Shown: piece by piece, positions 11,776 through 24,990 of the stretch | How positions within the stretch are numbered: the first letter of the stretch is position 1 | Layout: each line of letters starts with the position of its first letter | DNA from: Mobula hypostoma | Lineage: Eukaryota | DNA: 64,000 bases | NCBI RefSeq assembly: GCF_963921235.1 | Contig: NC_086097.1 | Coordinates: 132,620,001-132,684,000, forward strand | Direction of reading: 5' to 3' | Position numbers and translations under genes: made by a program | Notes under the pieces: model-generated | Told to the model about the DNA's origin: nothing | What the model saw: the letters and a program-made list of their open reading frames with translations, nothing else | Databases searched by the model: none

Positions 11776-13827
11776 TTTGCATTAAACTGTATGTCTCAGT
11801 GGTCGAACAAGCCTCTTGTGTGGTTAACTAAAAAATAACCTCAAGGATCAAGTTATTCCTGAGTCCCTCTCAAAATGCCACACCTTTCTTCCTCTGCTTT
11901 GTTCCGTCACCTAGGAATAGCCAATCAAATTCAGCCGTCTGTCATGTGGACGACCATTGATTGAACCCCATGAATAATGATTAGACAAAGAGTCGCAGTC
12001 CTGGCTATAACCAGGAGATTATTCATAAGTGTGAATATAGAAATTTTGACAGCAGCCCAAAAGGCAGGTTGATGAAAAGTTATGAATTTGCGTTACCACT
12101 TCTGTAATGTAAATCTAATTTCTATGACAGAACTTCCTTCAAAATTCCAGTTCAGCAGAGAGCTTTTTCTTGTGTCCATGGACATATTAATAGCAAATCA
12201 TCAAGTGTTTGTTTCCTTAACAAGAAAATATTTTTTTTCTTTCACAAGTATAGGCACTTTAATATTTATTCTGGTTTAACTAACTTCCCATCATTTTTAT
12301 AAATATACAAGATGCCTTTGTGCCCTAAAGCTGCCTTAGTCAGCACTTTAGATATCCATTTTATTTCCTTTTGAAGTTACTTCAGCTAGGGAATATTAAA
12401 AACTGGACGAAGGAGGCCAATGAAAATCTTTTGGCTCACTGGATAGCCCACTTGCTTATCAGTCCGAAAGTGCTGTGTTGAGCACTGCCCCAGGTTATGC
12501 TGGTGCTGCAGTGCCATGTTAAGGGTTCCAGGATTTAGACCCAGTGGCAGAGGGCTACTGATATATTTCCAACTCAAGGAGAACCTGAAAGTGATGATGC
12601 CCCTATGTGCTTTCTGTCCTTTTCATTCTTGCTGGTAGAGGCTGCAGATTTGTGAGGTACTCTCGAGGTATCCAGGGCTAATGGTTGTAATGCAATTTTC
12701 GCATGACACACTCTGCTGCCACTGTTCACTGATGGTAAGGGAAATTAATGTCTGGGGAGCGTCAATCAATGTGGTTGCTTTGTCCTGAATGCTGTCAAGC
12801 ATCTTAAGTGTTATTTCAGCTGCCCTGATCCTTGAGACATTTTGCTACATTAAAGGCATTATATAAATGTATGCGTCTGTTGTTACTAAAAAAGCAAAAA
12901 TCCGCAAATGGTGGAAATCTGAAATAAAATAGAAAACGCTAGAAACATTCAATAGGTCAGGTAACATCTATGGAGTTAACTCTTCATGTCAATGACAACT
13001 TATTTGTTGCTGTTGGATATGTTGTGTAGAGAAAGAAATTTCAGATCTGGATTTTATAGTGTGACAGAGAAGTGGGCTAATTTTAGGGACAAACCGATAT
13101 TCTGAGAAAATGGGTTGTCTGGAATTTAACACAATAACTTTCAGGCATTACAAGTGTCTGCCTAAGACAGCCATTGGGTCCTTTTCCTTATATGCCCACG
13201 GAGGCCTAAAGCCTGCGAAATGTTGAAGGTAACGTCTTTCAGATGGGATATCAACCCAAGGCACAGTCTAATATATCAGATAATTCCTATGGCATTTATT
13301 AAAAAATAAAATTAATAGTGGCATTTTGCCTATTCTGCCAATATTTATCCTTTCTTAAAACAGAAGAGCATTCAACCCATCCACAGTATGCCAGCTCATA
13401 ATCAATCTCATTTCCCTACAGTCTTTCAACCTATTCTCTCTGGCATGCCCATTAACACCCCTTTAATTCTTTAACTCTTTTGCAATATACCTGTATGAAA
13501 TGGAGCAGGGCAATTTACAGAGGTCAATATTAAAGCAAGGCCCCATTCATTCTCTAAATCATCCTAAGATTACCTTAAAGAAGATAAAAATATTTCCCGC
13601 CAGTATTTATTTTTTGCATAGGACATGAAACGCAGTACAGACCCTTTGACCCATGATATTGTGCCAACTTCCTAATCCACTCCAACATCAATCTAACCCT
13701 TAACTCCCACATAGCTCTCCATTCTTTCATTTATGTATCCAGCTAAAAGTCACTTCAATGTAACTTAAATGTAATTTTAACTGTGGTATGAATCAATTTG
13801 ACCCATTTTCACAATCAGAAACAGCAC

Positions 13828-14930
13828 CAGAATCAGGTTTAATATCACTGGCACATGTTGTGAAATTTGAAATATAGCATTCTTGTAATCATATCAATAT
13901 GTTGGGCCCAGGATAGGTCTTCAGAGATGTTGACATCTCAGGAACGCCCAGGAACTGGAATCTGCTTACCTTTTCTACTGCTGATTTGTAGCAACAGTAC
14001 ATTGCAGTACAAAATATTAAGAATTATAAATTAGAATATATAAAAAACAAATAAGTAGAGCAAAGAGAGCAAAAAACAGAGGTAGTGTTCATGAGTTCAT
14101 TGTCCATTCAGAGATTTAATTGGGGAGGGGAAGAAGGTGTTCCTGAAATGTTATGTGTTGTGTCCTCATGCTCCTGTACCTCCTCCTTGATGGTAGAAAT
14201 GAGAAGAAGGCATGTCTTATATGATGGGTGTCCTTCATGATGGATCTGCCATTTTGCAGCATCGCCTTTTGAAGGTGTCCTGGATGCTAGAGAGTTAGTG
14301 CCCATGATGGAACTGGAAAAGCTTACAGCTTTCTGATCCTGTACAGTGACCCCTCCATACCATATGGTGATGCAACCAGTTAGAATGCTCTTCACTGTGC
14401 ATCTATAGAAATTTATGAGAGTCTTTAATGACATACCAAGTCTCCTCAAACTCCTGATGAAACATAGCATTCTTTGTGATCGTATCAATATGTTGGGCAC
14501 AGGATAGGTTATCAGAGATGTTGACATCTCAGGAACACCCAGGAACTTGAATCTGCTTACCCTTTCTACTGTTAATCCCTCATAAAGGGTTGGTATGTTT
14601 GTTCGAGTTCCCCATCCTGAAGTCCACAACGGTCTTAATGATGTTCAATGCAAGGTTGTTGTTGTGACACCACTTCACCAGCTCATCTAGCTTTCTCCTA
14701 TACATCTCGTTGGTACCATCTGAAATTTGCCAACAATAACTGTGTCCTCAGCAAAATTATAGTTGACATTTGAGCTTTGTCTAGCCACACGGTTGTGAGT
14801 GTAGAAAGATTAGAGCAGTGAATTAAGCATGCATCCTTCAGGTGCGCCAGCATTGACTGTCAGCAAGGAGGAGATGTTATTTCTGATCCACAAGGACTGT
14901 GATCTCTTGGTGAGGAAGTCAAAATCCAGT
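13828..14930 (-). mobile_element. Rex1/Babar-like LINE fragment (RT C-terminus plus 3' UTR)
   Basis: ORF 14108-14629: VERVSRFKFLGV...KTLINFYRCTVKSILTGCITIWYG. Confidence 0.85.
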
Positions 14931-15029
14931 TTATCTCTTTATCCTGCAATTACTTGTTAGACCTCCCTGTGAACAAATTGAATGCTACATATTATAGCAA
15001 TCCCGGCAGACCAAAACAAAATTCCAAGT

Positions 15030-15325
15030 TTCCACAGCCACAGCTCCCTGAAGGTGGCTGTACAGGTTGACAGGGTGGTAAACAAGATGTATAGCATTAT
15101 TGTTTTTATTAGTCAAGACATTGAGTTCAAAGGTCAGGAAGTTATGTTGCAGTTATAACACTCAAGTTAGACCACATCTAAAGTGTCTGGAATATTTCAC
15201 TCAATTCTGGTTGCCCAATTATAGGATTAATTTAGTTAAGCATTTCATTAATAGTTTAATTAGTCTGTCCAACTTCATGGGCTGAAAGGTCCATTCCTAC
15301 AGGCTCTGCACTATGTTCTATGTTC
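15030..15325 (+). mobile_element. CR1 fragment with internal deletion
   Basis: YNTQVRPHLKCLEY motif and ctatgttctatgttcta tail. Confidence 0.65.
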
Positions 15326-16317
15326 TAATTCACACCAAGTCAAATGAACAAGGCAATGGCATTGGCTACTTTCCTTCTAAATTACAATTAAAACCACAAG
15401 ACCACAGAAGTGAATGCAGTGAACGTTAGGGTTATCCACTGGGTTGGGTTGAGAATTTGTTGTTGAGATGCATTAGCTTCTACTGTACTGGGCAAAACCA
15501 GTATGGGGTACACAGATATGACAGTGTAGTAGGGTGATTAGGAGATGGATAATACAATGTTATTTGGTGTCAGCCCTCAATCATCCATCCTCAAAGTCTA
15601 GACACCAGCCTCCCAGTATATTCCAGCCACAAGAATGTGGAATTTAGATCCACCATTGATACGTACATGGCTGAGAACATGAATTCACCAAGTTGCCCTG
15701 GCAAAACCCAAACATGTATCAGCAGGTTCTGAGAATTGCCATTAACTTCTGGCCCTGGCTCCAACATTAACATTTCTCTCTAAGCAAAGGGCACAAGAGA
15801 ACAATTATTCAAGTATGTCTGGAAAAACAGCTGTAACAGGGAGCCAATGCATTCCAGGGCCTGTCAAACACACATGGCAGTTGTCAGGAGCATATGCTGC
15901 TGTATTGTGAAATGATAAAGCAAAAGTATAGAAGCAACATAATAAAGAATCTATTTCAACTCAAATCCCTGGGCATGTCAAAGCTTTGAAAGGAGATTAT
16001 TTTGCACAGAACATTCTCAAGACTACAGCAGCCGGTTTTTAAAGAAATTTGGTTAACATTCCATTTTGTGTGATGCTTTGCTGATGTTCTGTCATTCGTT
16101 TTTGGTGGACAGAGCAAGTGTATGACAAAATAGCAGGAAATTAAATTGTGCGTTGAAAGCTTGAGGTCTTACCATGTTAACTTTAACAGTCCAGAAGCCT
16201 GCAGTTTTATATACACCAAGCAAAGCCCCAAACTGTCTCCATTTCAATACTGTAGATGTGTATCTCTGTCTTCAATCACAGGTGCTTAACACAGGTTCAC
16301 TTCCTAATGGTATATAA

Positions 16318-17193
16318 GGTTACGTCCACAATAGACCGGATAATTTTGAAAATGCCAGTTTCGCGTAAAAACGATAGGCGTCCACACAGGCATTTTTGAA
16401 AATATCTCCATCTACATTAAAGCGGATATTTGGGTGAATCTCCTCCTACTGGACATATGAAGGACACACAAAAAGCAAGCAAAGAGGAAACGGTATACTT
16501 GGTGCGCGTTTGTCCAGTTACAGACTAGAAAAACTTAAAAGGAAATTGCCAAACGAAAGACTTGGTGTACGTTTGTTCAGAAACATTTCCTACAGCCATC
16601 ATCTCTTCAACGATGAAAGGGACGACAGCTACAACTAAATGCAATAATGCTTGTTACTGGGCAAAAGTGAAATTTGCTGTTACCTCATCTGTTTGCCTTT
16701 ACTTTTTCCATGTCTTTGTGTATTATTTTGCTGTATTTAACATGTGCAATAAAACGAGTTACTGGGCAAAAGTGACAATTGCATCTATTGAATGTTTGCA
16801 CAAACAATACATTAATAAAGCACCTTGTTAAATGTATAAAACATGTCTGCATCAGTGTTATCTTGCACTTCCATACAATGTTACATTAGGCTGTTACACA
16901 TCTATTGTCAGATGTCGTTGTGGTGCTGGAGGTTGTGTTCAAGAAAACAATGAAATGCCACGCTGCCGCCACCATTAGTTTCGGCACGTCATGACAGCGG
17001 TTTTAAAATTAGCCGGTTATCCCGTACACACTATAATGGCCAACCGGCGTTTTCAGATTTAAACACTCTGGAGAGTGTTTTAGAAAAGCTCCGTTTTCGG
17101 GGGAGGAAAACACCGTTTCAGTGTGGATGGAGAGTCAAAACGAAGAGAAAAAGCTTTGGTTACGGATTTTTCCAGTCTAGTGTGGACGTAGCC
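16318..17193. mobile_element. PIF/Harbinger-type non-autonomous element (876 bp)
   Basis: TIRs GGTTACGTCCACAATAGACCGGA / TCCAGTCTAGTGTGGACGTAGCC. 3-bp TSD TAA at 16315-16317 and 17194-17196. No transposase. Confidence 0.9.
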
Positions 17194-18094
17194 TAAGATA
17201 CTTGGTTAGGTCCAAATTGGAGACAAAATGAAAGACCTGATTTTAAACAGTACCTTTCACAACATCAGGACACCTCAAATTAATCTACAGGAGATTCATG
17301 CTCTCTGATAAAACAGAGTAAGTAGCAACCTTACTGGACACACCTAGACCTCATGAGCAGAGATGTGCTAACGACCGGACATAAATCTGCTTTATCTATA
17401 AATGAGAGAAAATCTGCAAATGCTGGAAATCCAAGCAATACACTCAAAATGTTGGAGGAACTCAGCACGCCAGGCAGCAACTATGGGAAAAAGTACAGTC
17501 GACAAATGTCAACTGTACTTTTTTTTCATCGGTTCTGACTGGCCTGATGATTTCCTCCAGCATTTTGTGTGTATTGCTGTTTATCTACAGTTGCTGGTTC
17601 TCGAATAAATGTTGTTCGGGTCGCAAAGAGAGAGATCTACTTTTCTTCAAAGCAGAGCCATGACTGTGGTTATACGCAGCTGAGAAAGATGATGGAGCCT
17701 TGTTCCAACATCTTATCCAAGAGGCAACAAGGCTCCGAGTACAGAATTTCCACAATACCCACTTCTTCCCTGTTGGGGCTGTAACACACTATCATAATTG
17801 CAGCATTACAGTTTCTGAGAGATTTCTGAGCACTTGCACGCTTCCTATTTTACAGCAGTGACCAGGCTTCAAGGGGACATAGCAGAAGCATCAACACTAC
17901 AGGTCTGCAAATCTTTCTGATTGCCAATCCTAATTATACCATTCAATACCATTGTGCCAAGGATCAATGATTTGGGTACATGGGACCAAGAAGAAGAAGA
18001 AGTCAGGGAGGAAGAAGAAAGCAGCTCACCTTCACTTGAGAAACCATAAGGATGTGAATGGTGACATATAATTAAATTTGTTTCTCTGCTTTAA

Positions 18095-18545
18095 TAAGAC
18101 GTTTGTACTCATTGCATCACAGTCTGGTATGTTCACTCCAATGCATAGGATCGCAAGAGGCTGCTGATGACTGTAAACTCGACCAGTTCCATCATTGGCA
18201 TGACCCACTCCCCTCCCCACAACCCACTGAGTTCATCTTCAAGAGGCGGGGTCTCAAGAAGGCAGCATTCATCACTAAAGGCCCTCATCATCTGTGACAT
18301 GCCTTCTCTTCATTACTACTATTGGGGAAGAGCTATGGGAGACTGAGGACGCACACTCAGTGATTCAGGAACAGCATCTTCCTGGCTGTCATCATACTTA
18401 TGAAGTCCATAAACCCATGCACACTACACTGTTATCCTTTATATTTACATTATTTAGTTTTGGAAGTTATTGCATGTTTTCATCTTTGCGTTGTACTGCT
18501 GCCACAATAATAATAAATTTCAGTGATAATAAACTTGCCTTTGTC
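18095..18545 (+). mobile_element. Rex1-like 3' fragment
   Basis: GLKKAAFITKGPHH motif and cagtgataataaac tail. Confidence 0.65.
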
Positions 18546-19039
18546 TTTGCCATTGGGAAGTATGATTTGACACATTACTGAGAGTCAAATGATCATTTCC
18601 TAACATGAAGCACTTTACTTATCACTTTTGCTTACTGTCTCTGAAGGACAGTCCCTCCCCATTTGTATTTTGATTGGGTTTAGCTGGTTGCATCAATGCC
18701 CAGAAACTTAAAGTGTGTTTGACTCGGAAAATGAACCACTTGTGTTTCTGGTTGCCTTTTCTCTTTCCCAGTAGCAGAAATCCTGGAGGCACATGTCTAG
18801 AGATCGGACCGGAGCTGAGTAGGAGGACAAGGTGGCCATTGCAGTCAGAGGTTTAAAAGCAGAAAATGCTGGAAATCTCCAGAAGGTAGATTAACTAGGC
18901 AATAACTTTGTTATCATTGGCATATATATCTCCCTGGCTGTTAAAGGAGAATTATACCGTAGAATTACAGGAATGTTTCACATAGAAAGAGAACCTTTAG
19001 CCCATTGTGTTTATGATGACCTAAAATGACATTACAAAG

Positions 19040-20180
19040 GAAAGCAGAAGCTGGAGTCGGCCACCAGGCCCATCAAGCCTGCCCTATCATTAAGTATAAT
19101 CATGGCTGATCTATTCTGTCGTCAACTCATCTTCCATGCCAATTTCCAGCTCAATTCTTCAATCTTTTAAAGACCTATCCATCTCCACCTCAAATATTTT
19201 TAATGATCTGAATCCTCAGGGACAGAGAATTCCAGAGATTCTCTTTCCAGATGGTAAGGGTCCTTAATGCTGGTTGTCACCTTCTTGAAGCACTGCCTTT
19301 TGAAGGTGTCCTCAACAGTGAGGACTCATGTGCCCGTGGTGGAGCTGGCTGAGTCAACAGCTCTCTGTAGCCTCGTACCAGGCAGTGATACAACCAGTCA
19401 GAATGCTGTCCACCATATGTCCATAGAACTTTGCCTTTGGTGACATACCAAATCCCTTCAAACTCCTAGTCATGGCCACTTCTTTGTGATTGCTCACCCT
19501 TTCCACTGCTGAACCCTTGGTGAGAACTTACGTGTGTTTTCCTGACTTTCGCTCCCTGAAGTCCACAATCGATCCCTTGGTCTTGCTGATGTTGAGTGCA
19601 AGGTCCTTTTTTAGGGACACTACTCAACTAGTCAGTCTATCTCATTGTTGTATGCCTCCTCATTGCCAACTGAGATTCTGCTAACAGTAGCACTGTCATC
19701 AGCAAACTCATTGATGTTGCTTAAGATGTGCTGAGCCACACAGTCATGAGTGTACAGGGAGTAGATCAGTAGATAAATGGATTAGGCAAACATCCTTGAG
19801 GTGCACCTGTGTAATTGTCAGAGAGGAGGAGATGCTATGACGTATATCTGCACTCTCTGTGGTCTCTGGATGAATAAGTCAAGGATCTAGTTGCAGAGAG
19901 AGGTACAGAGGCCCAGGCAAAGCATGTTGAATAGTACTCACTAGTGAAAACATCTCAACCTTCCTCCTGTGTAGCTAATGATATTTACTATGTGTTCAGA
20001 TATGTAACGTCACCTTTCATTCTTCTAAACTGCAAGGAATATAAATCTTATCTGTTTAGTCTCTCTTGACAGGATAACCTTCTCATTCTCGGATTTATCC
20101 AGGTGAATCTTCTTCGGTCTGCACCAATGCTACACCCTCTTTTTGTTTAGATAAGGGAACTAAAAACAGTACACACTACT
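19040..20180 (-). mobile_element. Old CR1 3' fragment interrupted by a Rex1-like fragment (about 19245-19935)
   Basis: CR1 3' UTR-like flanks. Inner part is homologous to 14200-14930. Confidence 0.65.
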
Positions 20181-20189
20181 TCAGACTCT

Positions 20190-20490
20190 CCCCACCCCAC
20201 CACTCCATTACTCTCTCATGTTTTCTCTCTTTTCTTCTGCTACCACCTATCATTCACCTGCCACTGTCTCCCAATCCTACCCTCACCCTTCCTCTACTTA
20301 GTAACATCTTTCATCCTCCTCAGTCTACCAATCATCTTGGGCTCCTGTTTTACCACTGCCCCTCTTCTCTTTGTACGGGCCATCTCCCCTCTTCACTCTC
20401 AGTCCCGATGCAGGACTTCGAGCTGAAACTTTGACAATTCCATTTCCTGCACAGATGCTGCTTGAGCTATTAAGTTGCCCCAGTAGATTC
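20190..20490 (+). mobile_element. Degraded Penelope-like 3' region
   Basis: Pyrimidine-rich tract followed by cagtcccgatgcagg...gaaactttgac...cagatgctgc, homologous to 38620-38975. Confidence 0.65.
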
Positions 20491-21006
20491 TTAAGCTACA
20501 ACACCTTCTCTTTAAAGACCAACATGTCATTTGAATTCTTAACCACTTGTCAGATCTGCATGCCAAATCTTTGTGAATCATGCACAAGAACACCTTGATC
20601 CCTTTCCATACATGGGATCATGGCAGGAAGTACAATGCTATTGCAGTTTGTCTCTCCTCAACAAATTCATGGATTATGTAGGAAATAGAGTCAAAATACT
20701 CTGGTCATTATGAGATATGGAAAATTCTTGAGGACCAATCCATATTTTCCTGGCTAGCTATTCCAGAGCATTAGAAATACAAGTATAGAAAGGTTGATCA
20801 ACTAAATGAGACACAAGAACCTGCAGATGCTGGAATTGGAGCAACAAGCAATTTGCTGGAGGAACTCAGCAGGTCAAATAGCATCTGTGGGAAGGAAAGG
20901 TATTAGAAACATAGAAAACCTACAGCACAATACAGGCCATTCAGCCCATAATACTGTGCTGAACATGTACTTACCTTAGAAATTACCTAGGGTTACCCAT
21001 AGCCCT

Positions 21007-23844
21007 CTATTTTTCTATGTACCTATCCAGGAGTCTCTTAAAATACCCTATTGTATCTACCTTCACCACCATCACTGGCAGCCCATTCCACACACTCTCC
21101 ATTCTCCTCATAAAAAGCTTGCCCCTGACATCTCCACTGTACCTACTTCCAAGCAAATTAAAACAGTGCCCTCTTGTGTTATCCATTTCAGCCCTGTAAA
21201 AAAGCCTCTGATTATCCACATGATCAATGCCTCTCATCATCTTATGCACCTCTATCAGGTCACCTCTCATGCTCTGCCGTTCCAAGGAGAAAAGGCCGAG
21301 TTCACACAACCTATTCTCATAAGGCATGCTCTACAATCCAGGCAATGTCCTTGTAACTCTCCTCTGCACACTTTCTGTAGTTTTCACACCCTTCCTGTAG
21401 TGAGGTGACTAGAACTGAGCACAGTACCCCAAGTGGGGTCTAATCAGGGTACTATATAGTTGTAACATTACCTCTCAGCTCTTAAACTCAATCCCACGAT
21501 TGATGAAGGCCAATGCATCACCTGCCTTCCTAACCACAGAGTCAACCTGCGCAGCAGCTTTGAGTGTCCTATGGACTCAGACACCAAGATCCGTCTGATC
21601 CTCCACGCTGCCAAGAATCTTACTATTAATACTATATCCTGCCATAATACTTGACCTACCAAAATGAGCCACTTCACACTTATCTGGGTTGAACTCCATC
21701 TGCCACTTCTCAGCCCAGTTTTGCATCCTATCAATGTCCCACTTGAACCTCTGACAGCCCACCACACTATCCACAGCACCCCCAACCTTTGTGTCATCAG
21801 CAAATTTACTAACCCATCCCTCCACTTTTTCATCCAGGTCATTTATAAAAATCACAAAGAGAAGGGATCCCAGAACAGATCCCTGAGGCACACCACTAGT
21901 CACCAACCTCCATGCAGAATATTACTCGTCTGTAACCACTCTTTTTGCCTTCTGTGGGCAAGACAATTCTGGATCCACAAAGCAAGGTCTCCTTGGATCC
22001 CATGCCTCCTTACTTTCTCAATAAGCCTTGCATGGGGTACCTTATCAAATGCCTTGCTGAAATCCATATACACTGCATCTACTACTCTCCCTTCATCAAC
22101 ATGCTTGGTCACATCCTCAAAAAACTCATTCAGGCTTGTAAGGCACTGCTGCCTTTGACAAAGCCATGCTGACTATTCCTAATCATGTTATGCCTCTGCA
22201 AATGTTCATAAATCCTGCCCTTCTGGATCTTTTCCATCAACTTATCAACCACTGAAATAAGACTCACTAGTCTATAATTTCCTGGGCAATCTCTACTCCC
22301 TTCTTGAATAAGGGAACAACATCTGCAACCCTCCAATCCTTTGGAACCTCTCCTGTCCCCACTGATGATGCAAAGATCATTGCCAGAGGCTCAACAATCT
22401 CCTCCCTCACCTCCCACAGTAGCCTGGGGTACATCTCCTCTGGTCCCGGAGACTTATCCAACTTGATGCTTTCCCAAAGCTCCAGTACATCCTCTTTCTT
22501 AATATCTATATGCTCAAGCTTTTCAATCCACTGTAAGTCATCCCTACAATCATCAAGATCATTTTCCATAGTGAATACTGAAGTAAAGTATTCATTAAAT
22601 ACCTCTGCTATCTCCTCCAGTTCCATATACACTTTTCCACAGTCACACTTGATTGGTCCTATTCTCACACGTCTTATCCTCTTGCTCTTTACACACTTGT
22701 AGAATGCCTTTGGTTTTCTTTAATCCTGCTCGCCAAGCCCTTCTCATGGCCCCTTCTGGCTCTCCTAATTTCATTCTTAAGTTCCTTCCTGCTCGCATTA
22801 TAATCTTCTAGATCTCTATCACTACCTAGTTTTTTGAACCTTTGTACACCACAGTTCCTGTTCCCTACCATCCTTTCCCTGTCTCATTGGAATGTACCTA
22901 TGCAGAACAACATGTAACTATCCCCTAAACATTTGCCATATTTCTGCTGCACATTTCCCTGAGAACATCTGTTCCCAACTTATGCTTCCAAGTTCCTGCC
23001 TGATTGATTCATATTTCCCCTTACTCCAATTATACAGTTTCCTAATTTGTCTGTCCCTATCCCTCTCCAATGCTATGGGAAAGGAGATTGAATTGTGATC
23101 ACTATCTCCAAAATGCTCTCCTACTGAGAGACCTTACACCTGACCAGGTTCATTTCCCAATACCAGATCAAGTACTTTTGTAGGCTTATCTACATATTGT
23201 GTCAAGAAACCTTCTTGAACACACCTAACAAATTCCACCCCATCTCAACCCCTTGCTCTAGGGAGATGCCAATCAATATTTGGGAAATTAAAATCTCCCA
23301 CCACAACAACCCTGTTATTATTACACCTTCCCAGAATCTGTCTTCCTATCTGCTCCTCGATGTCCCTGTTACTATTGGGTGGTCTATAAAAAACACCCAG
23401 TAGAGTTATTGACCCCTTCCTTTTTCTAACTTCCATCCACAGAGACTCAGTAGACAATTCCTCCATGACTTCCTCCTTTTCTGCAGCTGCGACACTATCT
23501 CTGATCAGCAGTGCCATGCCCCCACCTCTTTTGCCTCCCTCCCAGTCCTTTCTGAAACAGCTAAAGCCTGGCACTTTAAGTAACCACTCCTGTCCCTGAG
23601 CCATCCAAGTCTCTGTAATGACCACTACATCATAGCTCCAAGTACTGATACAGCCTCTAAGCTCATCTGCTTTGTTCATGATGTTTCTTGCATTAAAATA
23701 GACACACCTCAAACTATTGGTCTGAGCACGTCCCTTCTTTATCACCTGTCTATCCTCCCTCTCGCACTGTCTCCAAGCTTTCTCTATTTGTGAACCAACC
23801 ACCCCTTTCTCCATCACTTCAGTTCGGTTCCCACCCCCCAGCAA
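21007..23844 (-). pseudogene. CR1 ORF2 (APE endonuclease plus reverse transcriptase), frameshifted
   Basis: CVYFNARNIMNKADEL, ITETW, VFYRPPN, VVGDFNFPNIDW, KSPGPEEMYPRLL, VYMDFSKAFDKVPH, SGVPQGSVLGSLLFVIFINDL, SKFADDTK. Confidence 0.95.
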
Positions 23845-24989
23845 TTCTAGTTTAAACTCTCCCCCATAGCCTTAGCAAACCTCCCTGCCAGGATATTGGT
23901 CCCCCTGGGATTTCAGTGCAAACTGCCCTTTTTGTACAGGTCACAACTGTCCCAAAAGAGGTCCCAATGATCCAGAAATCTGAATCCCTGCCTCCCGCTC
24001 CAATCCCTCAACCACGCTTTTATCCTCCGCCTCGCTCTATTCCTATACTCACTGTCGCGTGGTATAGGCAGTAATCACGAGATTACTACCTTTGAGCTCC
24101 TGCTTCTCAACTGCCTTCCTAACTCCCTGTAGTCTATTTTCAGGACCTCCTCCCTTTTGCTACCTATGTCGTTGGTACCAATATGTACCACAACCTCTGG
24201 CCGTTCACCTTCTGGACGCGATCAGAAACATCCCGGATCCTGGCATCTGCGAGGCAAACTACCATTTGCGTTTCTTTCCTGCGTGTATAGAGTCACCCAT
24301 CTGACCCCCTAACTATAGAGTCCCCTCTCACTGCTTCCGTCCTCTTCCTTTCCCTACCCTTCTGAGCCACAGTTGCAGACTCTGTGCCAGAGGCGTGGCC
24401 ACTGTTACTTCGCCCAGGTAGGTCGTCCTCCCCAACAGTACTGAAACAGGAGTACTTATTGTCAAGAGGCACAGCCACAGGGGCACTCCCTAGTATCTGA
24501 CTCTTGCCCTTCCCTCTCCTGACTGTTACCCCCTTATCTGTCTGCGGAGGCTCCGGTGTGCCTACTTGGCTATATTTCCTCACTATCACCTCCTTACTCT
24601 CCCTGACCAGACTGAACTGCATCTCCAGTTCCCTAATCTGGTCCCTAGGGAGCTGCAGCTCGATGCACCTGGCACAGATGTGGCCCTCCGGGAGGCTGGG
24701 AGTGTGGTAAACCATATATATGTTGTAACTGGGTTATCTGTCTGGACACGCCTTCTGCTGACTGCCCCTGTGGCTCCTCCCACAGATTCCTGTATAAAGG
24801 TGATTTTGCCTTGCCCCTCCCCCTCAGTCTGGGGGCAGACACTCAGCATGGAAGTCGTATTCTACTGCGAATAAAAGCCTTTCAGTATTTGCCCTACTTC
24901 AGTCTTTTGGAATTATTGAAGGTGCTTCAGGGAGTCTCCTGGACTTCCCACATCTGACACCCAGTACAGAACACCAGCTTCACAGACAT
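23845..24989 (-). pseudogene. CR1 ORF1 (zinc finger/coiled coil plus SGNH-esterase-like), disrupted by a solo LTR
   Basis: Joining across the LTR gives MSVKLVFCTGCQMWEVQETPSLPEGHICARCIELQL, followed by a GDSIVRG motif. Confidence 0.85.
24703..24929 (+). mobile_element. Short solo LTR (227 bp)
   Basis: TG...CA termini, TATAAA and AATAAA in order, 5-bp TSD GGGAG (24698-24702, 24930-24934). Confidence 0.88.
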
Positions 24990-24990
24990 A

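Noticed and set aside
18740..18890. Strong plus-strand acceptor (ttttctctttcccag)
   Set aside because: No good donor follows, and there is no recognisable product.
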